Assembly (NCBI GenBank): GCA_017610205.1
Contig: JAFCCL010000002.1
Location: 1 to 64,000, forward strand
Direction of reading: 5' to 3'
From: Candidatus Iainarchaeum sp.
GTDB taxonomy: Archaea; Iainarchaeota; Iainarchaeia; Iainarchaeales; GCA-2688035
DNA: 64,000 nucleotides
A program made the translations under genes and the position numbers. Of this stretch, positions 1 through 8,225 are shown piece after piece (the stretch's first letter is position 1; each line of letters opens with the position of its first letter). The notes under the pieces are model-generated. The model saw only the letters and a program-made list of their open reading frames with translations. It made no database searches and was not told the origin of the DNA.

Positions 1-101
1 TTTTGCTTTGTTGCAAAATTTATGGCATCCTGTGCACTTATTGCAAAAGCCTGCGAACACAAAAAAAGCAAAGCTAATGCTATCAAAAACCTTTTGACCA
101 T
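1..101 (-). CDS. Secreted/surface protein, 5' part (runs off window start)
   Basis: ATG at 101 gives MVKRFLIALALLFLCSQAFAISAQDA..., a typical signal peptide with AFA cleavage motif; not in ORF track. Confidence 0.6.
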   Translation of the reverse strand, partial: MVKRFLIALALLFLCSQAFAISAQDAINFATKQ

Positions 102-145
102 TGAATAGTAATAAATGAAGCGGAATATATTAAGGTTGCGGTGAT

Positions 146-859
146 TTGTTAAAGGTAAAAATCGTTCTTGTAAGGCCTGTTTATGACGAGAATGTGGGTT
201 TGACTGCAAGAACCATGGCAAATTTTGGTTACAGGGAACTGGCACTTGTTGGCCCTGAATGTGATTGGAATAGCGGAAAGGCTAAGAGCAGGGCAATGCA
301 TGGCAAAAGCTTGTTGTTAAAAGCAAAGGAATTTGATTCAATTAAAGAGGCTGTAAAAGACTGCAGTTACGCTATTGCAACAAGTGCAAGAAAGGGCAAA
401 AACAGGAATTTTTTAAAACCTGTTGAAATTGCAGAAAGGTTTGGCAAAAGCAATGCAAAAATTGCTTTGGTTTTTGGTTCAGAACCAAGCGGTCTTTCAA
501 ACAGGGAAATTGCTGAATGTGATTTTGTTGCAAGCATTCCTGCATCTGCAAAATATCCCACTCTTAACCTAAGCCACGCTGTCTGCGTAATGCTCTACCA
601 GTTGTTTGCAGAAAGTGAAAAAAAGGCAGGAAATGGAAAAAAAGCAGGGTTTAAGAGTGCAAAACCCACAACCAAAAAAATTCTGGTCAAAATATTTGAA
701 AAAGATTTGAGCTTGCTTTCGTCAATTGATGACAAAAAGGCAGTGCTTGCCTCCTTTAAGGCACTTTGTTCAAGGTCTTTGCTTTCAGAAAAAGAGGCAA
801 AGGCACTAATTGCTTTTTTGTCAGAAACAGAAAAAAGTTTGAATAAAAAAGGGTTTTGA
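146..859 (+). CDS. trmJ: SPOUT tRNA (C32/U32) 2'-O-methyltransferase, TrmJ/LasT family
   Basis: IVLVRP..ENVG..ARTMANFG, ALVFGSEPSGLSN, YPTLNLSHAV motifs. Confidence 0.9.
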   Translation: MLKVKIVLVRPVYDENVGLTARTMANFGYRELALVGPECDWNSGKAKSRAMHGKSLLLKAKEFDSIKEAVKDCSYAIATSARKGKNRNFLKPVEIAERFGKSNAKIALVFGSEPSGLSNREIAECDFVASIPASAKYPTLNLSHAVCVMLYQLFAESEKKAGNGKKAGFKSAKPTTKKILVKIFEKDLSLLSSIDDKKAVLASFKALCSRSLLSEKEAKALIAFLSETEKSLNKKGF

Positions 860-930
860 TGAAAAAGAGTTTTGATGAAAAATAGCGAAACTGTTAATAA
901 CTTTGAAAAACAAGTTTTTATTGATAAAAT

Positions 931-1347
931 ATGGCTATGGCTATTCCAATTCGCGCATTGCAGAGAAGGATGAGTTGGGGCAAGATTGGGGGAAAAGCAA
1001 GGGAACAAGCACGAAAGGCTGTTCAAAAATATGCACAGTATAGAAAAGGAAGGCAGCAGGTAAGGGAAATTGGAGCCCTTAAAAAATTTCTGAAAATTCC
1101 AACACCAAGCTTAAAGGCACATATTGAAATGCTGGCAAAAGAGCTGGAAAATGCAGGAAAAACCAAAAACGACATTTTTGAAATTGTTATAAATGATTTG
1201 AACAAAATGAAACAACTTGCAACGCAGACAAATACTGGCTCCGATGTTATAAACAAGGCATTGTTAGGCAATGGATTTAAAAGCCAGAAAATGACTGTTT
1301 CGGCAGTAATTAAGCGAATGGAACAAAGGGCTGAAACAGGACAATAA
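931..1347 (+). CDS. Hypothetical basic protein
   Basis: 138-aa ORF filling the gap between genes; no recognisable motif. Confidence 0.55.
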   Translation: MAMAIPIRALQRRMSWGKIGGKAREQARKAVQKYAQYRKGRQQVREIGALKKFLKIPTPSLKAHIEMLAKELENAGKTKNDIFEIVINDLNKMKQLATQTNTGSDVINKALLGNGFKSQKMTVSAVIKRMEQRAETGQ

Positions 1348-1424
1348 ATTATTTTAACTTAAATTTGAGTATTATTGCAAAGGCTTAAATAGGTGGATTG
1401 CCTTTTTTATTTAAAGGGGTTAAA

Positions 1425-1991
1425 ATGGGTGAAAAGGCGCTTTTTTCGTTTCTAAAAAAGGTTACTCTTGCTTTTGAAAAACAGGACATTTTTGGATTGA
1501 AGGAAATTGCAAACCAGGCTATTGAAAATGCTTCTTTGGCAAATGACAAAAGGCTTGCAAACCTTGCTCTTGTAGCCTATTGTTTGCATAAGATGAGCAG
1601 CAAGCAGCATATTGTAAGAGACGGCAGATGGCCTGAAATAAAGCACGATATTTTGTTTGATTTGAAAAAGGCTGCAAAAAGCCTTGAAGACACTGACCTT
1701 GAAGGATTTGACCACTGGATTGGCGGAGTAATTGGTTCAGTAAAGCAGGCTGATGAAAAAATTGGAAACTATGTGCAGAATCTTTTTGAAAAAGCAAAAA
1801 TAAAATATGCAAGCACTGCTTACAGCATGGGTTTGAGTTTGGGGCAGTCTGCTGCCTTGACTGGAACTGACAAAAAAGATTTGCTTCGTTATATTGGAGT
1901 TACAAGACTTGCTGACAGGGAAGCCGTTACACTTGACATTGGAAAAAGGTTGCGTAGTCTTAAAAGAAAGATGGGTGTGAAAAAGAAATGA
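1425..1991 (+). CDS. Conserved hypothetical protein with C-terminal UPF0175-like HTH (possible antitoxin)
   Basis: C-terminal YSMGLSLGQSAALTG..KDLL resembles UPF0175; overlaps the downstream PIN gene (ATGA); ATG at 1425 preferred. Confidence 0.6.
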   Translation: MGEKALFSFLKKVTLAFEKQDIFGLKEIANQAIENASLANDKRLANLALVAYCLHKMSSKQHIVRDGRWPEIKHDILFDLKKAAKSLEDTDLEGFDHWIGGVIGSVKQADEKIGNYVQNLFEKAKIKYASTAYSMGLSLGQSAALTGTDKKDLLRYIGVTRLADREAVTLDIGKRLRSLKRKMGVKKK

Positions 1992-2659
1992 ATGTAATTT
2001 TTGATGCATCTACCCTTATTTCAATAAGCCAAACCTGCCTTGTGAACCTTTTAGGTGGATTAAAGCAGAAAATGAATGCAGAGTTTATAGTTCCAAAGGC
2101 TGTGTTTTACGAGGCAGTGCAAAGGCCTATTTCAATCAAAAGGTTTGAGTTGAATGCAATTAGAATAAAAAAAGTAATTGAAGAAAACGGCTTCAAAATA
2201 GTTGCTTCCAAAGACCAAGGACTTTTTGACGAAATTGCAGGAATTGCAAATGCCTGTTTTTTTATAAAGGGAAAGCCAATAAAGCTTTTGCAAAGGGGAG
2301 AAATTGAAGCCCTTGCACTTGTGAAAGAATTGGGAGCAGGAGCTCTTGCAATTGACGAAAGGACTACAAGAATGCTTTTTGAGGCACCAGAGCATTTGAG
2401 AAAAATATTGCAGACAAGGAGAAGAATTGAAATTAAGGCAGACAGGTCAAATGTAAGAGCTTTGGAGTTAATGTTTCCGGGGATTACAATAGTTAGAAGT
2501 GTTGAGCTGATTGCTTTGGCTGAAGAAATGGGATTGCTTGAAAAGGAATTGCCAAAAGGAGAGCAAAGCCTTGAAGCAGCATTGTTTGCAGCAAAGTATT
2601 CCGGCTGTGCTGTTTCTGCAAGGGAAATTAATATGTTCTTGCATGGAAAAAAATGGTAA
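1988..2659 (+). CDS. PIN-domain protein (DUF3368-like)
   Basis: VIFDASTLI, VFYEAV, GEIEALAL, LAIDERT carry the PIN acidic residues. Confidence 0.75.
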   Translation: MNVIFDASTLISISQTCLVNLLGGLKQKMNAEFIVPKAVFYEAVQRPISIKRFELNAIRIKKVIEENGFKIVASKDQGLFDEIAGIANACFFIKGKPIKLLQRGEIEALALVKELGAGALAIDERTTRMLFEAPEHLRKILQTRRRIEIKADRSNVRALELMFPGITIVRSVELIALAEEMGLLEKELPKGEQSLEAALFAAKYSGCAVSAREINMFLHGKKW

Positions 2660-2749
2660 AAAATTACGTGAAAAAAAGTGGTGAAAAAAAAATGAATGTT
2701 GAAAAAATTGGCGAAGTAAATTAAAGAAATTAGTGAAGGGATTAAAAAA

Positions 2750-3220
2750 ATGGATGTTAAAGAAATTGACGAAAAAGATTACGGCGAAATAATTGGACTT
2801 ATTAAGTCAGAATTTCCTTACGTGGAATTTGACGAGGAAAAAATCAGGGAAAGAATTGAAAGCAGCAAAATTTTTCTCTTCAAGGCAATTGAAGGAAAAA
2901 AGATTTTGGGTTTTGTTGAACTGGAACTTTTGGAAGGAAGTGTTGCAAGAATAAATGGTTTAACTGTAAAACCAGAATTCAGAAACAATGGAGTTGCCAA
3001 AAAGCTTTTGGATTACTCAATTAAGTTTTTGAAAGAGAAAAAAATTGCAAGGGTTCTTTTGCTTGTAAAGGAAAAAAATGCAGCAGCAAAAAAGATATAC
3101 AAGGAATTCGGATTTGGGTTTATTGGAATGTACCACAGGGAACTTGACAGCGAAGTTGTTGAAGAAATGGAACTTGATTTGGCACCAGAGGACAAAAAGG
3201 ATTTAAGCTACGTTGGGTAA
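2750..3220 (+). CDS. GNAT family N-acetyltransferase
   Basis: TVKPEFRNNGVAKKLL acetyl-CoA motif; N.AA..IY..FGF. Confidence 0.85.
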   Translation: MDVKEIDEKDYGEIIGLIKSEFPYVEFDEEKIRERIESSKIFLFKAIEGKKILGFVELELLEGSVARINGLTVKPEFRNNGVAKKLLDYSIKFLKEKKIARVLLLVKEKNAAAKKIYKEFGFGFIGMYHRELDSEVVEEMELDLAPEDKKDLSYVG

Positions 3221-3244
3221 GCTGGATTGACAGGCGTGGTTGAA

Positions 3245-4681
3245 TTAGTAGGCTTTTCCAAACCAGGCTTTTATTGATGTTTCCTTTCCGCATTTAATGC
3301 ATTTTAGCTTTTGGCTTTTTTGATTAAATGGAATGCATCTGCTTGTTGCAGTTGTTTCGTCCTTTATGGCTTCCTCGCATGCTGAAGTGTTGCAGAAGGG
3401 TGCAAGGATTAGCTTTCTTTCAGACAGTGCCTTTTTGAATTCCTGCCAGGTTTTGACTTCGGCGGAATTTTCTTTGAGAAATTTTTTGGCATTTTTAAAA
3501 AGGTCATTGTGCATTTCTTCAATTGCCTGCGTTGCCTTTTTTGCAAGATTTGATTCTTTTACAAATTCTTTTTTGCCGTTGTCTCTTCTTACCAAAACAA
3601 CCTGTTTTTTGTCAAGGTCTTTTGGACCGATTTCAATTCTTAAAGGAATTCCTTTGAGTTCCCATTCATTAAACTTCCATCCGGCAGAGTAAGATTCACG
3701 GTCGTCAACAAAAGCGTTTAATGAGGAAAGGTTTTTTTCGAGCTCTTTTGCTTTTTTCAAAACTTTTGCTTTTGTTTTGTCAAAAAGAATCGGAACAATT
3801 ACTGCTTTGGTTTTTGCAAGTTTTGGCGGAACCACCATTCCTTTATCATCACCATGTACCATTACAACTGCTCCAATAAGCCTTGTTGAAAAACCCCAGC
3901 TGTTTTGCCAGGGGGTTTTTTTGCTGCCTTTTTCGTCAAGGTATTCAATGCCAAAGCCTTTTGCAAAGCCTTGTCCCAAATTGTGGGTTGTTCCCATTTG
4001 CAGTGCTTTGCCGTCTGGCATTAGTGATTCCAAAGTAAATGTTTTCTTTGCTCCTGCAAACCGCTCTGATTCAGTTTTCTCTCCAAGAATAACAGGAATT
4101 GCAAGTTGTTCCTCGCAAAGAAGCCTGTATTCTTCCAAAATCTTTAAAGCTTCGCCTTCAGCTTCCTTTTCTGTTTCGTAAACACAGTGACCTTCCTGCC
4201 ACAAGAATTCCCTGGTTCTGAGAAAGAGTTTGCATTGCTTTACCTCCCAGCGTAGAACATTGCACCATTGGTTTAAGCGCAGGGGAAGGTCACGCCAGGA
4301 GCGAACCCACTTTGCATAACTTGCATACATTATTGTTTCGCTTGTTGGCCTTATTGCAACCTTTTCTTCAACATCTTTGCCGTCACTTTCAATCCAAGCA
4401 AGTTCTGGTTCAAAACCCTCAGCGTGTTCTGCTTCTTTTTCAAAAAAGCTTTTTGGAATAAGCAGTGGAAAATAAGCATTTTTCACACCCAATTTTGATA
4501 TTCTTGAATCAAAATAGGTTTTAATATTTTCCCAAATTGCGTAAGCGTTTGGTCTAACAATCATAAAACCACGAACAGGAGCATAGTCTGCAAGCTCTGC
4601 TTTTTGTACAACCTGATTGTACCATTCGGAAAAATTTCCTTTTTTTGTTTCTGTCAAACCCTGTTGCTTTTCTTCAACCAT
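3245..4681 (-). CDS. proS: Proline--tRNA ligase (archaeal/eukaryotic type)
   Basis: FSEWY, RPTSET, RWE...FLRTREFLWQEGH, C-terminal Zn region and GKAY end; ATG at 4681. Confidence 0.97.
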   Translation of the reverse strand: MVEEKQQGLTETKKGNFSEWYNQVVQKAELADYAPVRGFMIVRPNAYAIWENIKTYFDSRISKLGVKNAYFPLLIPKSFFEKEAEHAEGFEPELAWIESDGKDVEEKVAIRPTSETIMYASYAKWVRSWRDLPLRLNQWCNVLRWEVKQCKLFLRTREFLWQEGHCVYETEKEAEGEALKILEEYRLLCEEQLAIPVILGEKTESERFAGAKKTFTLESLMPDGKALQMGTTHNLGQGFAKGFGIEYLDEKGSKKTPWQNSWGFSTRLIGAVVMVHGDDKGMVVPPKLAKTKAVIVPILFDKTKAKVLKKAKELEKNLSSLNAFVDDRESYSAGWKFNEWELKGIPLRIEIGPKDLDKKQVVLVRRDNGKKEFVKESNLAKKATQAIEEMHNDLFKNAKKFLKENSAEVKTWQEFKKALSERKLILAPFCNTSACEEAIKDETTATSRCIPFNQKSQKLKCIKCGKETSIKAWFGKAY

Positions 4682-4722
4682 AAAAAAACACTCTTGTAAG
4701 AAATTGCATTGCAAAAAGCTTT

Positions 4723-5865
4723 TTATTTCTTGTTTTGCCATTTTTCCTCTGGAAACCTGTGTCTTCTCTTGCTATCCCTTATAAAGTCGGCAATTTTTGA
4801 CAAAGCATCCTTGTCCATTCTTTTTTTGGCCTCATAATCAGGCAATGTTTTTATGGGGGGTCGTTCTCTTTCAATTATTTCCTTTTCGTTTAAAAAATAT
4901 TCACTTGGCTTTCCTTCCTCTTCCCTTATTTCAGGAAACCTAAAAACCGAACAAAATTTGTTTAGAAACTCTACTTTTTCTCTTTCAGAAAGCCTTTTTG
5001 CAAAAACCTGCATTATGCTAAAGGCCTGCCTTCCCAAAGCAGATGTTTCCCTGTTTGTGTGTTCTACTTCTCCTAAATCAATTTGAGCCATGCTGTCTAA
5101 GCCAAACTTTCTTGAAATGTCAATTAAGTGACCTATTTCAACTCCGTAACCTACAAAGAAGGGAATTTTTTCAAGCAATTTTCTTCGCCCTGCTGCCTGG
5201 CCGCATAAGGGCTGGATAAAACCGGTTAATTCAGGATAGTAAAGATTCATAAAAGGCCTTACTCCAATTTCAGTTGTTCTGCCTCCACCGTATGAAATGG
5301 TTTTGCCTTTGAATTTAATTGCCCGCCTGTAAAAGCCTCTGGCATAACCTAGCTTTTTTTGTTCAAGCAATGGACCTGCCAAACCGTAAATAAATTTTGG
5401 ATGAATGTTTGTAATGTCTGCATCAACCCAGCAGATTATGTCGCCCCGCAGTACATGAAGGCTTTTCCAAAGGTTTTCTCCCTTTCCGTAAAATGCTCCA
5501 AATTCACGCAGGTGCCTTTTGCTTTCAATTATTTTTGCACCTGCTTTTTCTGCAACTGCAACGGTGTTGTCAGTGCTGCTTGAGTCAATTATTGCAATTT
5601 CGTCCACAAAATGTTTTTTGTTATACAATGCCTCCTTGATTGTAGAAATTACGTGGCCAACATTTTCTTCCTCGTTCAGGGTTGGAATGCCAACACTTAT
5701 TTTTAGATTTTGCTGTTTCTTTAATTCAATTAGCCTGTCAATGTCTTCAAACTGCGAATGGTGCAGTGTATTTTTGTTAAACCAGGAAAGAACGCTTGTG
5801 TCACAAGCCTTTGACTGCTTTTTTCTCCTGACCTTTTTTGCGGTTTTTTTTACTTTTTCAACCAT
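4723..5865 (-). CDS. gpgS: Glucosyl-3-phosphoglycerate synthase (GT-A)
   Basis: IPTLNEE, DSSSTD, GKGENLWKSL, DADI, GGRTTE, QPL.G, GYGVEIG; start moved to 5865 because the longer ORF overlaps a tRNA. Confidence 0.8.
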   Translation of the reverse strand: MVEKVKKTAKKVRRKKQSKACDTSVLSWFNKNTLHHSQFEDIDRLIELKKQQNLKISVGIPTLNEEENVGHVISTIKEALYNKKHFVDEIAIIDSSSTDNTVAVAEKAGAKIIESKRHLREFGAFYGKGENLWKSLHVLRGDIICWVDADITNIHPKFIYGLAGPLLEQKKLGYARGFYRRAIKFKGKTISYGGGRTTEIGVRPFMNLYYPELTGFIQPLCGQAAGRRKLLEKIPFFVGYGVEIGHLIDISRKFGLDSMAQIDLGEVEHTNRETSALGRQAFSIMQVFAKRLSEREKVEFLNKFCSVFRFPEIREEEGKPSEYFLNEKEIIERERPPIKTLPDYEAKKRMDKDALSKIADFIRDSKRRHRFPEEKWQNKK

Positions 5866-5918
5866 ATTAATCATGCAAACCAAATCCAATAAAGCTGCAA
5901 ACTTGTTAATTAATGTAT

Positions 5919-5991
5919 TGGGAAGTAGAGGATTTGAACCCCTGTCGGAGGACCCCCAGTCCACAATGCTACCAAACTACACCAACCCCCC
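5919..5991 (-). tRNA. tRNA-Pro (GGG)
   Basis: Cloverleaf GGGGGGT/ACTTCCC-A, anticodon loop CT-GGG-GG, T-loop TTCAAAT. Confidence 0.88.
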
Positions 5992-6053
5992 AATTGCTAC
6001 AATTTAATTGTGTGGAAAAGCTTTTAAAAAATGCAAAAAAAAGAAAAAGAAAG

Positions 6054-6126
6054 TGGGACCGAGAGGATTTGAACCCCTGCCGCAGCGTCCCAAACGCAGA
6101 ATCCTACCAGACTAGACTACGGTCCC
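6054..6126 (-). tRNA. tRNA-Pro (TGG)
   Basis: Cloverleaf GGGACCG/CGGTCCC-A, loop TT-TGG-GA, T-loop TTCAAAT. Confidence 0.92.
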
Positions 6127-6197
6127 AAAAAAGCACAGTATGTTTCTAAAGAAATTATGACTAAAAAGCTTTAAAAAAACTCTCTTTTTAGCAAAAA

Positions 6198-6253
6198 TTC
6201 CCTTCAAACAATTTTCACCGGAAATCAATCCACTTGAATTTTTCACCGGAAAC
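6198..6253. repeat. ORB/mini-ORB-like repeats (candidate replication origin or operator)
   Basis: TTTCACCGGAAA at 6213 and 6241, with related ATCCACTTGAATT (6228) and TTCCCTTCAAAC (6198), in AT-rich intergenic DNA. Confidence 0.4.
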
Positions 6254-6423
6254 CTCGTCTCTTTCCTTTTGTTTTTAAACGCGTTAAACAAGATTATTTC
6301 AATTGATTAAAAAAAATTGGAGAGTGATGTTAATGAGAGCTTTTAGAGTGTGCAGGTTTGTTGAAGCCTATGGAAGCAAAGAAATTGTCAGGCCCTTGAT
6401 TTAGCTGGGTTTTTTTATTTTTA

Positions 6424-6536
6424 TTGCTTGGCAGGGCAAATGTAGGCAAATTGCCTGCACCTGCCGGCGTTACAATTAAAAGCAAGTGTCAGCGAGTGAA
6501 TTCGGTTGCCGAAAGGCAATCGTAATCGCGCCTCGC
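6424..6536 (+). ncRNA. Putative structured RNA (two stem-loop domains, GAAA tetraloop)
   Basis: GGCAGG/CCTGCC enclosing TGTAGGCA/TGCCTGCA; GCGAG/CTCGC enclosing CGGTTGCC-GAAA-GGCAATCG; G-U pairs favour the + strand. Confidence 0.55.
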
Positions 6537-6639
6537 ATAAAGGCAAAGGAGGTGGAAAAAAAGAAAATGGCCAGAGTGACCAAGTAAGCTACTACCAATA
6601 TATGTTAGTGGTTCAAAGTTTTTAATTGTTTTGGTGGCG

Positions 6640-6726
6640 GGTGACGTGCCAGAGCGGTTGAATGGACTTGGCTTATGACCAAGTAAGCTACTACCGGCTT
6701 CGAGGGTTCGAATCCCTCCGTCACCG
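6640..6726 (+). tRNA. Type II (long variable arm) tRNA with TAT anticodon and tRNA-Ser-like body
   Basis: GGTGACG/CGTCACC-G73, D-arm CCA-GAGCGGTTGAA-TGG, CTTGG-CTTATGA-CCAAG, V-arm AAGCT/GGCTT, GAGGG-TTCGAAT-CCCTC. Confidence 0.85.
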
Positions 6727-6795
6727 GCGGATTGTGTTAGGAAGCTTAACCATTCATCTATCACAATCCCTAAAAAATTCAAAGGAGGTGGAAAA

Positions 6796-7071
6796 ATGAG
6801 TTTACCAATAAAAAAGTTTGCTGTTGGAGGAATACAGGTTGCAGTATGGAAGAATGAAGGAAAGGAAGGAAGAAACTATTACAGTGTTTCTTTTGACAAA
6901 AGATACAAGGACAAGAATGATGAGTGGAAAAGCAGCAGTTCTTTGAAAGCAAACGACATTCCAAAAGCTGTTTTGGCTTTGGAAAAGGCATATGAGTTCA
7001 TTTCATTAAAGGAACCAGAGCAAACAGAAAACAAGGAACAGGAAAAGACGCTTGCGGCAGCAATGGCATAA
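6796..7071 (+). CDS. Small putative ss-nucleic-acid-binding protein (PC4/Whirly-like)
   Basis: Strong SD GGAGGTG; pattern GGIQVAVWKN...YYSVSFDKRYKDKNDEWKSS.SL...D then a helix; fold is inferred. Confidence 0.65.
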   Translation: MSLPIKKFAVGGIQVAVWKNEGKEGRNYYSVSFDKRYKDKNDEWKSSSSLKANDIPKAVLALEKAYEFISLKEPEQTENKEQEKTLAAAMA

Positions 7072-7155
7072 TTGCATTGCCAAGGCTTTGACGAAATTGT
7101 CTTTTCAAAACAGTGGCGAAAGGTTTATAACTTTCCAAAAGAATTAAATTATTGA

Positions 7156-7431
7156 ATGAGAAGGCATTTGAAGAAAGTAAGGAAATCCATTATTACAAAG
7201 GAAGAGCTTATAGCCGACGCAATTTTTCTTCTTGTACCTGCATTTCTTTCATTTTTTATAATTTTAATGTTTGACATTCACCACAGCTTTTATGAGTGGC
7301 CAATGCAGCTTAAATTCATTTTTACAACACCGTTTCCATATCTTTTGTTTGTGCCAATTGGAGCAATAATGGGCTTTTTTGTAATAAAGCTTATTTTGTT
7401 TGGCTTTAAGGAAGAAGAAGAAAAAGCCTAG
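7156..7431 (+). CDS. Small membrane protein (2 TM)
   Basis: Two hydrophobic segments in 91 aa. Confidence 0.65.
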   Translation: MRRHLKKVRKSIITKEELIADAIFLLVPAFLSFFIILMFDIHHSFYEWPMQLKFIFTTPFPYLLFVPIGAIMGFFVIKLILFGFKEEEEKA

Positions 7432-7984
7432 GTCTCTTTTTTAGAAAACAAAAGTGTTGAAACAATTAGCCCAAGAATTGAAAGGGCAAGCATTACAAGG
7501 AACAGGAATCTGAATCCAAAAAATTCTGCCAAAAAGCCGCCTACAGCTGCTGAAATTCCTACCAAAAGGTAATTCATTGACTCCCAAAGACCCCACTCTG
7601 AGACAAACTTTCCCTTGTCCAAATGTTTGGAATAAAGGCCGTCATATGCAGGCTCCCCCCAATAGCTGTTGCAATTCCAAAAATCGCTTGAACAGCAAAA
7701 AGGTCAAGCAGATCTTGAATTAAAAGATAACCCAAAAAACCAAAACAACCTAGAGCATAACCCACTACCACAAACTGTTCCTTGTACTTGACATGATCCT
7801 CCCACCTGCTTATAAAAAAAATTAGAACTCCAGCAGAAATAGCAAAAACAGAATAGGCAGTTCCTGCTGTCAAAAGGTCTCCGCCAATCTGTTCAACAAA
7901 AACAGCATAAATTGGACCAAACAGCCCTCCAGCTAGTATGGACAATCCTGAAGCTAAAAGAAGTATTTTCAAAGCCTTTTGCAT
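7428..7984 (-). pseudogene. Half-size MFS-type transporter, frameshifted
   Basis: MFS-like N-terminus (GGLFGPIYAVFV) continues in another frame (SPAYDGLYSKHLDKGK..EWGLWE) after a G6 run at ~7655-7660. Confidence 0.7.
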
Positions 7985-8225
7985 AGAGGAAATACTGGTT
8001 CTTCATATTTATAGTTTTTGGTAAGTATTTAGTCTGCTTCATTTTTTTATTCGTTTTTTTAGGATTTTGAATTATTTAATTTACAATTTTACGTTAAACA
8101 AATTTTTTCTGCTTAAATATTTCAAAAAAATAACCACCTGACAACCCAACTAAATACTTACAGTTTTTGATTTCAACCCATCCTGCAAAAGGATTATATT
8201 TGAGAAAATTCTTATAGAATACTGA

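Noticed and set aside
5866-5964. N-terminal extension of gpgS, and ORFs 5913-6149, 6489-6782 and 23399-23611
   Set aside because: They overlap tRNA genes and are translation artefacts
6430-6536. c-di-GMP-I (GEMM) riboswitch, suggested by CAGGGCAAA and a GAAA loop
   Set aside because: The order of stems and the GCAAAG/receptor elements do not fit; left unassigned
6640-6726. Genome-wide reassignment of AUA to Ser or Leu
   Set aside because: ATA codons fall at conserved Ile positions (GatE GTIRQD 17732, ligase LGIGD 8721, GatD PTISI 12716)
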